Below the pieces are notes generated by a model, which worked only from the letters and a program-made list of their open reading frames with translations, was not told where the DNA came from and made no database searches. 54,418 bases of DNA from Candidatus Aminicenantes bacterium (GTDB lineage: Bacteria; Acidobacteriota; Aminicenantia; UBA2199), in assembly GCA_026393795.1 (NCBI GenBank), contig JAPKZL010000284.1, positions 1 to 54,418 on the forward strand. Direction: 5' to 3'. The translations under genes were made by a program, and so were the position numbers. Every line of letters starts with the position of its first letter. Position 1 is the first letter of the stretch. Below are positions 10,256-19,955 of the stretch, one piece after another.

Positions 10256-11364
10256 AGCGAACGCTCATTACCATGGCCGTCGCCTGGGCGCTGATCTTTT
10301 CCAGCTCCCAGGAAAAACTGCGCGACATCAACCTCGAAATCCAGAAACTGACCGACCAGCTCGCAGCCAGCCGCCAGGAAAAGGCATCCATTTTGAATGA
10401 CATTTACACCCTGGAACTGGAGATGGACGTGGCCGCCATCGAGGTGAACAAGCTCAATTTGCTGCTTTCCGACACCCAGGAAAAAATCGATCTCAAGCAA
10501 AAGGAAGAAGCCGAGCTGCGGGAAAAAGTCGCGCGCTCCCAGGAAAACGTCAAACGCATCCTGCGGGTCTTGTACAAGATGGGCGAACTGGGCTATGTCA
10601 AACTCTTCATCCAGATCGGAAACCTGGATCAACTGTTCAGGAATTACCGTCTGATCGTGGCCTTGATGGAGGACCGCGTGATTGAGATCAAGACCATCCG
10701 CCAGGGCATCGCCCGGCTGCAGAAAATCAAGGCCGAGCTGAAGACCGAGTTGGACCGCCTGTCCGGCTTGAAGGGCGAAAAGGCGGCCAAGCTGGGCCGC
10801 TTGAACCGATTGAAACAGGACAAGCTGGCCGTTATTTCCAGGATCAACCGTCAGCGCGACCTGAACGCCCAGCTGCTGGAGGAACTGAAAGAGGAAGAAG
10901 CGAAGCTGACCGATTTTCTGAATCAGAAAAGCGGATCGTTGGCGGCCGATAAAGTCAATTTCGCTTCCCGGCGCGGCAAACTGGCCTGGCCGCTCCAGGG
11001 CGACATCATCTCCGCCTTCGGGAAAAAAAAGAGCTCCCGCTTCAACACCTATACCTTCAACAACGGCATCGAGATCAAACCGCTGCATGGCGACGAAATC
11101 AAGGCAGTCCATGGCGGCGAGATTATTTTTTGCGACTACTTCAAGGGCTACGGGAATTTGCTGATCATCCAGCACCCGGGGAATTTCCATTCTCTCTACG
11201 GCCATTGCGAAAAATTTTTCAAAAAGCAGGGCGACCCGGTCGAACCCGGCGAAACGATCGCCCTGGCCGGCAATTCGGGCTCCTTGTACGGAAAATCCCT
11301 GTATTTTGAAATCAGGCAGAGCCTGAAGCCTCAGGACCCGTTGTCGTGGCTCGAGAAAAAGTGA
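10252..11364 (+). CDS. envC: EnvC-like murein hydrolase activator (coiled coil + degenerate LytM/M23 domain)
   Basis: Long coiled coil followed by an M23 fold. HxxxD is replaced by NNGIE and HxH by SLY. Confidence 0.8.
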   Translation: MKRTLITMAVAWALIFSSSQEKLRDINLEIQKLTDQLAASRQEKASILNDIYTLELEMDVAAIEVNKLNLLLSDTQEKIDLKQKEEAELREKVARSQENVKRILRVLYKMGELGYVKLFIQIGNLDQLFRNYRLIVALMEDRVIEIKTIRQGIARLQKIKAELKTELDRLSGLKGEKAAKLGRLNRLKQDKLAVISRINRQRDLNAQLLEELKEEEAKLTDFLNQKSGSLAADKVNFASRRGKLAWPLQGDIISAFGKKKSSRFNTYTFNNGIEIKPLHGDEIKAVHGGEIIFCDYFKGYGNLLIIQHPGNFHSLYGHCEKFFKKQGDPVEPGETIALAGNSGSLYGKSLYFEIRQSLKPQDPLSWLEKK

Positions 11365-11389
11365 TAGAATCGCACCTTACGCCAGCAGA

Positions 11390-12580
11390 ATGAAAAGCAA
11401 AAAAAAGAGCTCCAGCCATGCGGCGCCCAGGGCGGCCGCGATCTCCTTCATTATTTTCATCGTCGTCGCCCTGGCCACGGTGGTGCTGCTCGAATTTCTC
11501 GATTACCGGGCCGGCCGGTATTCGCTGATTTTCACCAAAGTCATTCCCTTGCGGCAAGCGCTGGGGACGAGCGACAAGTTCGACCGCGAATGGACCGAAA
11601 CCCTGGTCCGCGACAAGGTCGAATTTGATTTTTTCAAGGACCGGGAGGGGATCGTCCATTTCAAGATCAAGGTGGCCGATGCCAACTACCTCCCCCTGGC
11701 AAAGGAACTCCATCAGCTGGTGGAAAAATACCGCGGCCTGTCCCGCCTGAGCGAGGTCCAAGGCATGAAGGAGCAGACCATTTATCTGTACCAGGTCCGC
11801 TTTGACCGGCAGCTCACCCATGTCATCCTGTTGAGCCGAAATTTTGCGAAGGCGGCTGAAGGCCCGGCCAAGGTCGAAGCGCCCGCTGCGGCGGTAAAAG
11901 CAAGCGCGACGAGCAAAAGTCCCCGCCTGGCCTTGATCATCGATGATGTCGGCTACACCGATTCGCTGGCCGAGCAATTGCGCGACCTGAACATCCCCCT
12001 GACCGCGGCCGTCATCCCCTCGGCTCCTTACGCCCTCGGCCAAGCCGAAAGGATACATGCCTACGGCCTGGAGGAGATCATCCATTTGCCGATGCAGCCT
12101 CAGGACCCGGCCAATCACCATCCCCGCGACGAGTTCGTCCTGAGCGATTCGAGCCCGGCCGAGATCGCCGCCCTGATCGAAAATGCCCAAGCCATGGTTC
12201 CCTACGCCCGCGGCATGAACAATCACATGGGCTCGCTGATCACTTCCGACCCCGAGGCGATGCAACGGGTGCTGGAACTGGTGAAAAAGACCGGACTGTT
12301 CTTCATCGATTCCAAGACCACTTATGAAACCGTCGCCTTTGCTCTGGCCCGGAGAATGCAGATCAAGACCGCCATCCGCGATATTTTTCTCGACGACGAG
12401 CAGAACTACATGTACACGAGCAACCAGATAAAAAACCTGGTCGAGCTGGCCCGCAAGAACGGGCATGCCCTGGCCATCGGCCATCCGTTCGCCTCGACTT
12501 TGGCCGCCCTGCGCGACGCCGTTCCCTGGCTGAAGCAGCAGAAAGTCGGGATCGTCTTTGCATCGCATCTCCTGGAATAA
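11390..12580 (+). CDS. divergent polysaccharide deacetylase family protein (YibQ-like)
   Basis: [37 protein letters not shown]. It follows envC, as in E. coli. Confidence 0.8.
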   Translation: MKSKKKSSSHAAPRAAAISFIIFIVVALATVVLLEFLDYRAGRYSLIFTKVIPLRQALGTSDKFDREWTETLVRDKVEFDFFKDREGIVHFKIKVADANYLPLAKELHQLVEKYRGLSRLSEVQGMKEQTIYLYQVRFDRQLTHVILLSRNFAKAAEGPAKVEAPAAAVKASATSKSPRLALIIDDVGYTDSLAEQLRDLNIPLTAAVIPSAPYALGQAERIHAYGLEEIIHLPMQPQDPANHHPRDEFVLSDSSPAEIAALIENAQAMVPYARGMNNHMGSLITSDPEAMQRVLELVKKTGLFFIDSKTTYETVAFALARRMQIKTAIRDIFLDDEQNYMYTSNQIKNLVELARKNGHALAIGHPFASTLAALRDAVPWLKQQKVGIVFASHLLE

Positions 12581-12696
12581 TTCTTTCAATCAACTATTCA
12601 TCCTCACTATGGTATGATGGGACAAAGGAGCAGGGGGGCGGCAACCGCCCATTTCCAGTCTGCGGCCGACCTGTGCGCTGTACAAGGAGGTGCGGA

Positions 12697-13485
12697 ATGA
12701 AAGCACACGAAATAGGGTATCAAATTTATGGCGACGATATGCAGGTGGTGGAAGTGGAGCTGGATCCGGGCGAGACGGTGGTGGCCGAAGCCGGGGCCAT
12801 GAACTGGATGGAAGATGGCATCACCTTCGAAACCAAGCTGGGCGACGGCTCCAAGCCCGAGGCCGGTCTGCTGGACAAGCTCCTGCAGGCAGCCAAGCGC
12901 ACCATGACCGGCGAATCCATCTTTATGACCCACTTCAGTAACAGCGGCAGCACCAAGAAGCGCGTGGCCTTCGCCGCCCCCTATCCGGGCAAGATCGTCC
13001 CCATCGATCTGGCCGCCCAGGGCGGTGAACTGCTTTGCCAGAAGGACGCATTTTTGTGTGCCGCCCTGGGCATTGGCATCAACATCGCTTTCACCAAGCG
13101 CTTCGGTGCCGGCCTTTTCGGCGGCGAGGGCTTCATCCTGCAGCGTCTGCAAGGCGACGGCATGGTGTTTGTCCATGCCGGGGGAACGATCATCGAAAAG
13201 GAATTGAACAACGAGACCATCCGTGTTGACACCGGCTGCATCGTCGCCTTCACGCCGGCACTGGATTACGACATCGAAATGGCAGGCAATCTAAAATCCA
13301 TGTTCTTCGGAGGTGAGGGCTTGTTCCTGGCCACGCTGAAGGGACGGGGTAAACTGTATCTCCAGACCCTGCCTTTCTCGCGGCTGGCTGACCGCATCAT
13401 CAGTGCTTCCAAAGTCGGCTTGGGCCGTCAGAAGGATGAGGGGTCAGTGCTGGGTTCGCTGGGCAAGATTATCGGCGGCAAATAG
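12697..13485 (+). CDS. TIGR00266 / AIM24 (DUF124) family protein
   Basis: [32 protein letters not shown] repeats. AAGGAGG SD before the ATG at 12697. Confidence 0.75.
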   Translation: MKAHEIGYQIYGDDMQVVEVELDPGETVVAEAGAMNWMEDGITFETKLGDGSKPEAGLLDKLLQAAKRTMTGESIFMTHFSNSGSTKKRVAFAAPYPGKIVPIDLAAQGGELLCQKDAFLCAALGIGINIAFTKRFGAGLFGGEGFILQRLQGDGMVFVHAGGTIIEKELNNETIRVDTGCIVAFTPALDYDIEMAGNLKSMFFGGEGLFLATLKGRGKLYLQTLPFSRLADRIISASKVGLGRQKDEGSVLGSLGKIIGGK

Positions 13486-13535
13486 TGTGACACGGCCTGG
13501 ATGGTCCTGGCCGTCCAAAGGACAGGAAGGCTAGG

Positions 13536-13564
13536 TTGACAACAAACGTTTTTAGTAATAAAAT
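13536..13564 (+). promoter_or_regulatory. sigma70-like promoter TTGACA-17-TAAAAT for the ferredoxin gene
   Basis: Hexamers at 13536-13541 and 13559-13564. A 23-nt leader carries an AGGAGG SD. Confidence 0.5.
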
Positions 13565-13587
13565 AAGTATTCCAGTCAGGAGGAAAA

Positions 13588-13773
13588 ATGGCATTAACAA
13601 TTAATGATACCTGTATCAGTTGCGGCGCTTGCGAAGCGGTGTGTCCGACCAGTGCGATCTCCCAGGGCGACCAGTTTTACGTGATCGACGCCAGCAAGTG
13701 CGTCGAGTGCAAGGGCCATTTTGACGAACCCCAGTGCGCCTCGGTTTGCCCTACCGATTCCTGCGTTAAATAA
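13588..13773 (+). CDS. YfhL-type 2x[4Fe-4S] ferredoxin
   Basis: CISCGACEAVCP and CVECKGHFDEPQCASVCP. Confidence 0.85.
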   Translation: MALTINDTCISCGACEAVCPTSAISQGDQFYVIDASKCVECKGHFDEPQCASVCPTDSCVK

Positions 13774-13830
13774 ATTTCTCAGTTTTTAAAATTATCCCCG
13801 GCCGCAGAATGGGCGGCACGGGCATAAGAT

Positions 13831-14733
13831 GTGATTTTGGACGATCTAAAAACCAACCCGTTTAAAAAGTACGCCGTTAATTTCCTGCTGTTTTTCCTGA
13901 CCCTGCTCGCCACCTTGGTCATCGGCGTTCAATACCATATCAGTTATCACTCGCTCACCCTTCCTGCCGGAAGCGGTTTTTTCACTTTTCTTTGGCGCCA
14001 CCCGGCCGCCTGGCTGTGGGGCTTCGCCTATTCTTTTTCATTGCTGGGGATCCTGCTTGTCCATGAGCTGGGTCATTTTTTTGCCTGCCGTTTTCACCGC
14101 ATCGAGGCCACCCTGCCGTTCTTTATTCCCGCCCCGACCCTGATCGGCACTTTTGGCGCATTTATCAAGATCAAATCGCCGTTTTCTTCCAAAAAAGCCC
14201 TTTTCGATGTGGGCCTGGCCGGTCCCCTGGCCGGATTTCTGGCGGCGCTGCCGGTTATATTCGCCGGCATTTCCCTTTCGCGGATCGTTCCAAAGGAATC
14301 GCTGCCAGCGGGCATTTCTCTGGGCGAACCGCTAATTTTCAAGCTGATCACCTGGCTCGTTCTAGGCCCGGCCGCCGCCCGTCAGGACATCCTGGTTCAT
14401 CCCATGGCCTTTGCGGGCTGGTTCGGGCTTTTGGCCACCGCCTTCAATCTTTTCCCCATCGGCCAGCTCGACGGCGGCCATATCCTTCATGCTTTGGTCG
14501 GAAAAAAGTCATACCATGCCGGAGTGGCCTCGATCGTCATCATCGTGGTGCTGGGGATCTTCTGCTGGCAGGGGTGGCTTTTTTGGGCGCTGATCGTCAC
14601 CATGGTCGGCTTGCGTCATCCTCCGATTTACGATGATGAAAAAATCGACACTAAGCGGAAAATCCTGGCCGGGCTTGCCCTGCTCATCTTCGTGCTTTCC
14701 TTCACCCCGGCGCCCATCGTGCTGGCCCCATAA
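13831..14733 (+). CDS. site-2 protease family (M50) membrane metalloprotease
   Basis: HELGHFFACR motif and a multi-TM body. GTG start as given in the track; the start position is uncertain. Confidence 0.75.
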   Translation: MILDDLKTNPFKKYAVNFLLFFLTLLATLVIGVQYHISYHSLTLPAGSGFFTFLWRHPAAWLWGFAYSFSLLGILLVHELGHFFACRFHRIEATLPFFIPAPTLIGTFGAFIKIKSPFSSKKALFDVGLAGPLAGFLAALPVIFAGISLSRIVPKESLPAGISLGEPLIFKLITWLVLGPAAARQDILVHPMAFAGWFGLLATAFNLFPIGQLDGGHILHALVGKKSYHAGVASIVIIVVLGIFCWQGWLFWALIVTMVGLRHPPIYDDEKIDTKRKILAGLALLIFVLSFTPAPIVLAP

Positions 14734-14747
14734 ACCGGGAAATGGCT

Positions 14748-14776
14748 TTGAAAATCGCCGGCGCCTGTGCTATGAT
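14748..14776 (+). promoter_or_regulatory. sigma70-like promoter TTGAAA-17-TATGAT, 6 nt before the lptFG ATG (leaderless)
   Basis: -35 at 14748-14753, -10 at 14771-14776, ATG at 14783. Confidence 0.55.
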
Positions 14777-14782
14777 TTCCTG

Positions 14783-17056
14783 ATGAAGAAGGCCTTTGAC
14801 CGCTATATCCTCAAGGAAATCGCCTCTCCATTCGCCGTCGGACTGCTGGTTTACACCCTCACCCTGCTGACCAATCAAATCCTCCTCCTTTCCAAGACCC
14901 TGATCGCCAAGGGCGCCAGCGCCGGCATGGTTTTCAAGATTCTGTTCTTCCTCCTACCCGACATGCTGTCGTTCACCATCCCCATGGCCACCCTCATGGG
15001 CGTTTTAGCCGGGATGAGCCGCCTGAGCTCGGATTCCGAAATCGTGGCCTTCCGGACCATGGGCATCCACAACCGCAAGATACTGAAGCCGGTGCTGTTG
15101 TTCTCGCTCGGCACCTGGCTGGTCTCTTCGTGGCTGCTCATGTTCCTGGCTCCCGAAACCAACTACCGTTTCAACAAGCTGTATACCGAGGTGGTGCTCT
15201 CGCAGACCATCTCGGGGATCAAGCCGGGCATCTTCTATCAGGACCTGCCTTTCCTGAGCCTCTATTTCCGTGACCAGGATCGCGACGGCGAATGGCAGGA
15301 CGTGTTCCTGTGTTCGATGAAGAACCCCGAAGAGGACACGCTGATTTTCGCCAAAAGAGGGCGCTTCGATTACAAGCAGTTCCAGAAAGATAATTACATC
15401 GAGCTTTTTGACGGGGTCATCCACACCTATAAAAAGAAGGACCCGGCAAAATACGCCCTGACTTTTTTTTCCCAGAAGACGGAAATGATCAGCAACCTGG
15501 TCAACTTCCGCCAGAACCGGCGCAGCATGCAGCTGGTATTCCCCGAACTGGTCCGCCGGCTGCGGGAAAACCCGGGCGATGTGCTGCTGAGCCTTGAATT
15601 TCATAAAAAATTCGCCCTGCCCTTTGCCTGCCTGGCCCTGGGGTTCCTCGGCCTGTCGCTGGGAATTTCCACTAAGAAAGGAGGCAAAACCAGCGGTTTT
15701 GTCATCTCGCTGGGGATCATTTTCGTCTATTACGTGATGATGACCGCCAGCCGCAACATGATCGTCAAAAAAATCGTTTCCCCCTTCTGGGGTTCCTGGG
15801 CGCCGACTTTTTTCCTGGTGGCGGTCGGCATCCTGCTCTACCGCTTTGCGGCCAGGGAAAAAGAGATCAATTGGGAGAAGGTCGTTGCCTTCCGCTTGTG
15901 GCGCAAGGAGCGGTCCGGGTCGGCCGTTCCGGGAAAAGGCGGCTTGGGCAAGGGCTCATGGTCGCGTTGGCTGCCGCTGCGCATCCTCGACCGCTATGTG
16001 CTGCGGCGCATGCTTACGGTGTTCGCGCTGGTCTTTTCCTCGCTGCTGCTGGTTTTTTATATCATCAACATCCTGGAACTGATCGACAACGTCATCGAGA
16101 ACAAGGTGCCCTTTTTCTATGTCTTGAAATACGATTACTACATTACCCCGGAGATCGTCACCATCATCCTCCCCATTTCCGTTTTGACCGCGGTGTTGCT
16201 GACCTTTTCATTGATGAGCAAGAACAACGAGGTCGTCGCGGTCCAAGTCAGCGGCATCAGTCTTTTGCGCCTGGCCCTGCCGGCCGTTTTTCTGGGGCTG
16301 TTCTTTTCGCTGTGCACCTATTTTATCCAGGAGAATGTCCTGCCCGAAGCGAACAAAAAATCGGGGCAGATACTGGACGTGATTCACAACCGCAAGTCGT
16401 TCACCGATGTCGAGTTCGCCCGCAACTGGCTGCTCGGGAAGGACAACCAGATCTATTTTTACAATTTTTATGAGAAGCGGAAAAAGCAGTTCGTCAATTT
16501 CAACATCCTTTATCTGAACCCCGATTTTTCGATCCAACGGCGGGTTTCGGCGCGAACGGCGCGCTGGCTGAGTGATAGCGAGCTGCTGCTGGGCAACGGT
16601 TTTGAAAGGAGTTTCCAGGACAATTTCCCGATCGCATACGCCACTTTCAGCGAGCGGAAGCTGGCCATCGCCGAAAGCAGGAGATTCTTCACCGACAGCG
16701 TCAGGTTTTCCAATACCATGAACAGCCAGGCGCTGAAAGGGTATATCGAATTCTTAAAAAAGAGCAGCAGCGATCCCCAGCGCTACCAGGCCCAGTTGTA
16801 TTACAACTATGCCTTTCCTCTTTCGTCGCTGGTGATGGTCTTTATCGCCATCCCGTTTTCATTCCTGATGGGCAATCGCGGTGCGCTTTTCGGCATCGGC
16901 ATCGCCGTGGGCATCTCCATGGTCTACTGGGGGACGCTGGGTATTTTCAGCTCCATGGGCTCGATGGCGGTGCTCTCGCCCCTGCTTTCGGCTTTCGCGC
17001 CGTTGCTCCTGTTCTCGGCCATCTCTTTCGTGCTGTTCCTGTATATCAAGACCTGA
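14783..17056 (+). CDS. fused LptF-LptG LPS export permease (two YjgP/YjgQ modules in one 757-aa chain)
   Basis: Module 1 starts FDRYILKEIASPF. Module 2 starts ILDRYVLRRMLTVF at ~15975. A Gly/Lys-rich linker joins them and there is no stop or frameshift. The 14633 start is rejected (no motif; the promoter sits inside it). Confidence 0.8.
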   Translation: MKKAFDRYILKEIASPFAVGLLVYTLTLLTNQILLLSKTLIAKGASAGMVFKILFFLLPDMLSFTIPMATLMGVLAGMSRLSSDSEIVAFRTMGIHNRKILKPVLLFSLGTWLVSSWLLMFLAPETNYRFNKLYTEVVLSQTISGIKPGIFYQDLPFLSLYFRDQDRDGEWQDVFLCSMKNPEEDTLIFAKRGRFDYKQFQKDNYIELFDGVIHTYKKKDPAKYALTFFSQKTEMISNLVNFRQNRRSMQLVFPELVRRLRENPGDVLLSLEFHKKFALPFACLALGFLGLSLGISTKKGGKTSGFVISLGIIFVYYVMMTASRNMIVKKIVSPFWGSWAPTFFLVAVGILLYRFAAREKEINWEKVVAFRLWRKERSGSAVPGKGGLGKGSWSRWLPLRILDRYVLRRMLTVFALVFSSLLLVFYIINILELIDNVIENKVPFFYVLKYDYYITPEIVTIILPISVLTAVLLTFSLMSKNNEVVAVQVSGISLLRLALPAVFLGLFFSLCTYFIQENVLPEANKKSGQILDVIHNRKSFTDVEFARNWLLGKDNQIYFYNFYEKRKKQFVNFNILYLNPDFSIQRRVSARTARWLSDSELLLGNGFERSFQDNFPIAYATFSERKLAIAESRRFFTDSVRFSNTMNSQALKGYIEFLKKSSSDPQRYQAQLYYNYAFPLSSLVMVFIAIPFSFLMGNRGALFGIGIAVGISMVYWGTLGIFSSMGSMAVLSPLLSAFAPLLLFSAISFVLFLYIKT

Positions 17057-17161
17057 AGCGTCATCCGCTCCGATTCCGGTATGGGCCGTGTTTTCAAAAC
17101 GGCCGAAAATGTGATAGAATTGAGCATCGTGATGACTGCATTCAGGAAGCAGAGGTGAAAA

Positions 17162-17464
17162 ATGGAGAAAGAAGAGTTAAAAGCCAACCAAGACGCCCAG
17201 GAGCGCCGCGGCAAGAAAAAACCGTCGCCCAAAAAAAACAAACTGACCCTGGTTCCCCTGTACTGCAAGGGCTGCGGCTTGTGCGTCGATATCTGCCCGA
17301 CCGGAACCCTGCAGCTGTACGACGATCCGAAAAATAAATTCGGCGCCTCGGTGATCATCGATGCTCCCGATTACTGTATCGGTTGTAAAATGTGTGAACT
17401 GCAATGCCCCGATTTCGCCATTTTCGTGAATTACGAGGAAGCAAAAAAAGAAGGTGCCCAATGA
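17162..17464 (+). CDS. korD: 2-oxoacid:ferredoxin oxidoreductase delta (4Fe-4S ferredoxin) subunit
   Basis: CKGCGLCVDICP and CIGCKMCELQCP. First gene of a D-A-B-C set. Confidence 0.8.
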   Translation: MEKEELKANQDAQERRGKKKPSPKKNKLTLVPLYCKGCGLCVDICPTGTLQLYDDPKNKFGASVIIDAPDYCIGCKMCELQCPDFAIFVNYEEAKKEGAQ

Positions 17465-18588
17465 GCCAACGCAAGGTCTTGCAAGGCAACATCATCATCG
17501 CCAAGGCGGCGCTGGCCGCCGGCTGCGATTTTTTCGCCGGCTATCCCATCACCCCTTCCTCGGAGATCGCCCAGTACATGTCCAAGGAGATGCCGAAAAT
17601 GGAGCGGACCTTTATCCAGATGGAGGACGAGATCGCTTCGCTGGGTGCTTGCATCGGCGCTTCCCTGGCCGGAAAAAAAACCCTGACGGCCACCTCCGGT
17701 CCGGGATTTTCCCTGATGCAGGAGCACATCGGCCTGGCGGTCATGGCCGAAGTGCCGGTCGTCATCGTCAATGTCATGCGCGGCGGCCCTTCCACCGGCA
17801 TGCCCACCAAGCCGGCCCAGGCCGACATGATGCAGGCGCGCTGGGGCACCCACGGCGACCACCCGATCATCGCCCTGTACCCGGCTTTTTCCGAGGAGAT
17901 TTTCAGCGAAACGGTGCGGGCTTTCAACCTGGCCGAAAAATACTGGAATCCGGTGATCTTGCTCCTGGATGAAGTCCTCGGCAAGGCCCACATGGACGTG
18001 GAGATCCCCGAACCGGGAAGTTATGACGTGTATTGGGAAAAGACCCACGAGATCAGCGATTTGAATATTTATGATCGCAAGCTCGGGGAAAACCCGCCCC
18101 GGATCGATTTTTTTCACGGCTACCCGATCCATATCGACAGTCTGGAGCACGACGCGCACGGCTGGCCTTCCTTCGATGCCAAGACGGTCGACAAGATGCA
18201 GAAACTGCGCATGCAGAAGATCTACCAGAACCTGGACGATATCATCAAGTACAAGGAATATTTCCTGGATGACGCCGAGGTCCTGGTCTTCAGTTTCGGC
18301 ATCTCGGCCCGTTCCGCCCTGGCCGCCGTCAAAACGGCCCGCGAACAGGGAATCAAAGCCGGGCTGTTCCAGGCATTGACCGTGTGGCCTTTCCCCCGCG
18401 CCGCCATGCAGGAGCGGTTCAAGAAAACCAAGAAAGTGCTGACCGTGGAGATGAACATGGGGCAAATGAAATACGAAGTCGAGCGCATCGCCCCCGACGA
18501 CGTGGAGAAGCAGACCCTGCTGCGCGCCAACGGCATGCCCTTCTCCCCCGACGAGGTCCTGGAAGCCATCAAGGAGTTTGCCAAATGA
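17461..18588 (+). CDS. korA: 2-oxoacid:ferredoxin oxidoreductase alpha subunit
   Basis: GYPITPSSEI and TSGPGFSLM motifs. ATGA overlap with the delta subunit. Confidence 0.9.
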   Translation: MSQRKVLQGNIIIAKAALAAGCDFFAGYPITPSSEIAQYMSKEMPKMERTFIQMEDEIASLGACIGASLAGKKTLTATSGPGFSLMQEHIGLAVMAEVPVVIVNVMRGGPSTGMPTKPAQADMMQARWGTHGDHPIIALYPAFSEEIFSETVRAFNLAEKYWNPVILLLDEVLGKAHMDVEIPEPGSYDVYWEKTHEISDLNIYDRKLGENPPRIDFFHGYPIHIDSLEHDAHGWPSFDAKTVDKMQKLRMQKIYQNLDDIIKYKEYFLDDAEVLVFSFGISARSALAAVKTAREQGIKAGLFQALTVWPFPRAAMQERFKKTKKVLTVEMNMGQMKYEVERIAPDDVEKQTLLRANGMPFSPDEVLEAIKEFAK

Positions 18589-19421
18589 GAGACTACGAAA
18601 AATATATTCGTTACCGCACGTTTCCCACCCCCTGGTGCCCCGGCTGCGGGGACGGCGTGATCCTGAAGTCCATCGCCATGGCCTTTGCCGACCTGAAGCT
18701 CGACCCCGACAACATCGTCGTCGTCGCCGGCATCGGCTGTTCGGGCCGCATGCCTACGTACTTCAATACCAATACGCTGCACACCACTCACGGCCGCGCC
18801 TTGACCTTCGCCACCGGCATCAAGCTGGCCAAGCCGGAGAAACTGGTGGTGGTCATCTCCGGGGACGGGGACGCCACGGCCATCGGCGGCAACCACCTGA
18901 TCCACGCCGCCCGGCGCAACATCGGCATCAAGATGATCCTGATCAACAACGGCATCTACGGCATGACCGGCGGTCAGGTCTCGCCGCTGACGCCGCCGAA
19001 GTTCTTCACCGAGACCACCCCCTACGGCAACATCGAGCCGCATTTCAACATCCGCAAACTTCTGACCGGGGCCGAAGCCTCGTTCGTGGCCCGGGAGACG
19101 GTCAACCGCCTGATGCAGCTGAAGCAGGTGATCAAGAAATCGTTCCAGCACAAGGGCTTCTCCGTGGTCGAGGTCATGAGCAACTGCCACGTCAATCTGG
19201 GCCGGCGCAACAAGATGAAGAGCCCGCTGGTCATGACCAAATACATCGAGGACATCACCATGCCCATGGCCGACTTCGAGAAGCTGACTCCCGAAGAACA
19301 GGCGCCCAAGTATCCGCTGGGGATCTTCGTGGAGAATACGGAACGCATGGAGTACACCGATCTCTACTACAACCACATCGTGCCCGTGGCCCAGCAGTCC
19401 GGCGCCAAGGGGGAAAAATGA
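18585..19421 (+). CDS. korB: 2-oxoacid:ferredoxin oxidoreductase beta (TPP-binding) subunit
   Basis: WCPGCGDG, GIGCSGR, GDGD..AIGGNH. ATGA overlap with alpha. Confidence 0.9.
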   Translation: MRDYEKYIRYRTFPTPWCPGCGDGVILKSIAMAFADLKLDPDNIVVVAGIGCSGRMPTYFNTNTLHTTHGRALTFATGIKLAKPEKLVVVISGDGDATAIGGNHLIHAARRNIGIKMILINNGIYGMTGGQVSPLTPPKFFTETTPYGNIEPHFNIRKLLTGAEASFVARETVNRLMQLKQVIKKSFQHKGFSVVEVMSNCHVNLGRRNKMKSPLVMTKYIEDITMPMADFEKLTPEEQAPKYPLGIFVENTERMEYTDLYYNHIVPVAQQSGAKGEK

Positions 19422-19954
19422 AAAAATATGAAATACGCTACGGTGCCGTCGGCGGCCAGGGGATCATCACCGCCGGCGCGCTGCTGGTGGACATCGCCGT
19501 GGAGATGGAGAACAAATTCGCCATCGAAAGCCCCACCTACACCGCCGCCGTGCGCGGCGGCCCGACCAAGGTCGACGTCATCATCTCCGACGAGAAGATC
19601 GACTTCCCCCACGCGCAGGCCATCGATTTTTTCCTCTGCACCGACCAGCGGCCCTACGATATCTACAAGGATCGCCTGAAGGACGACGCCATCGTGGTGC
19701 TCGATTCCCACCTGGTGCGCGAGATCGGAGACACCAAGCACTGGAAAGTGTACCAGGTGCCCATCATCAACGAAACCAAGGTGGGGGCGGGAAACGTTGT
19801 GCTGACCTCGGTGGTCAGCCTGGCCGTCACCCAGAAGCTGACCAACGTGATCAGCTACGAGCACATGGTGGCGCACATCAAGCACTGGGCGCCGAAGGGC
19901 GCGGTGGAGATGAACCTGAAGGCCATCGAGGTCGGGATGAACCTGGTCAAATAG
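19418..19954 (+). CDS. korC: 2-oxoacid:ferredoxin oxidoreductase gamma subunit
   Basis: [12 protein letters not shown] motif. Only the last 178 codons of track ORF 18578..19954 are used. Confidence 0.9.
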   Translation: MKKYEIRYGAVGGQGIITAGALLVDIAVEMENKFAIESPTYTAAVRGGPTKVDVIISDEKIDFPHAQAIDFFLCTDQRPYDIYKDRLKDDAIVVLDSHLVREIGDTKHWKVYQVPIINETKVGAGNVVLTSVVSLAVTQKLTNVISYEHMVAHIKHWAPKGAVEMNLKAIEVGMNLVK

Positions 19955-19955
19955 G

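Noticed and set aside
14633-14782. Upstream extension of the lptFG ORF (track start 14633).
   Set aside because: The extension overlaps the M50 protease gene, encodes a Pro/Ser/Cys/Arg-rich non-membrane peptide and contains the TTGAAA-17-TATGAT promoter. The family-typical start is MKKAFDRYILKE at 14783.
18578-19417. N-terminal 280 codons of the 458-aa ORF 18578..19954.
   Set aside because: This part is an out-of-frame read-through of korB (Arg/Pro/His-rich nonsense). The real gamma-subunit gene starts at the ATG at 19418, in an ATGA overlap with korB.
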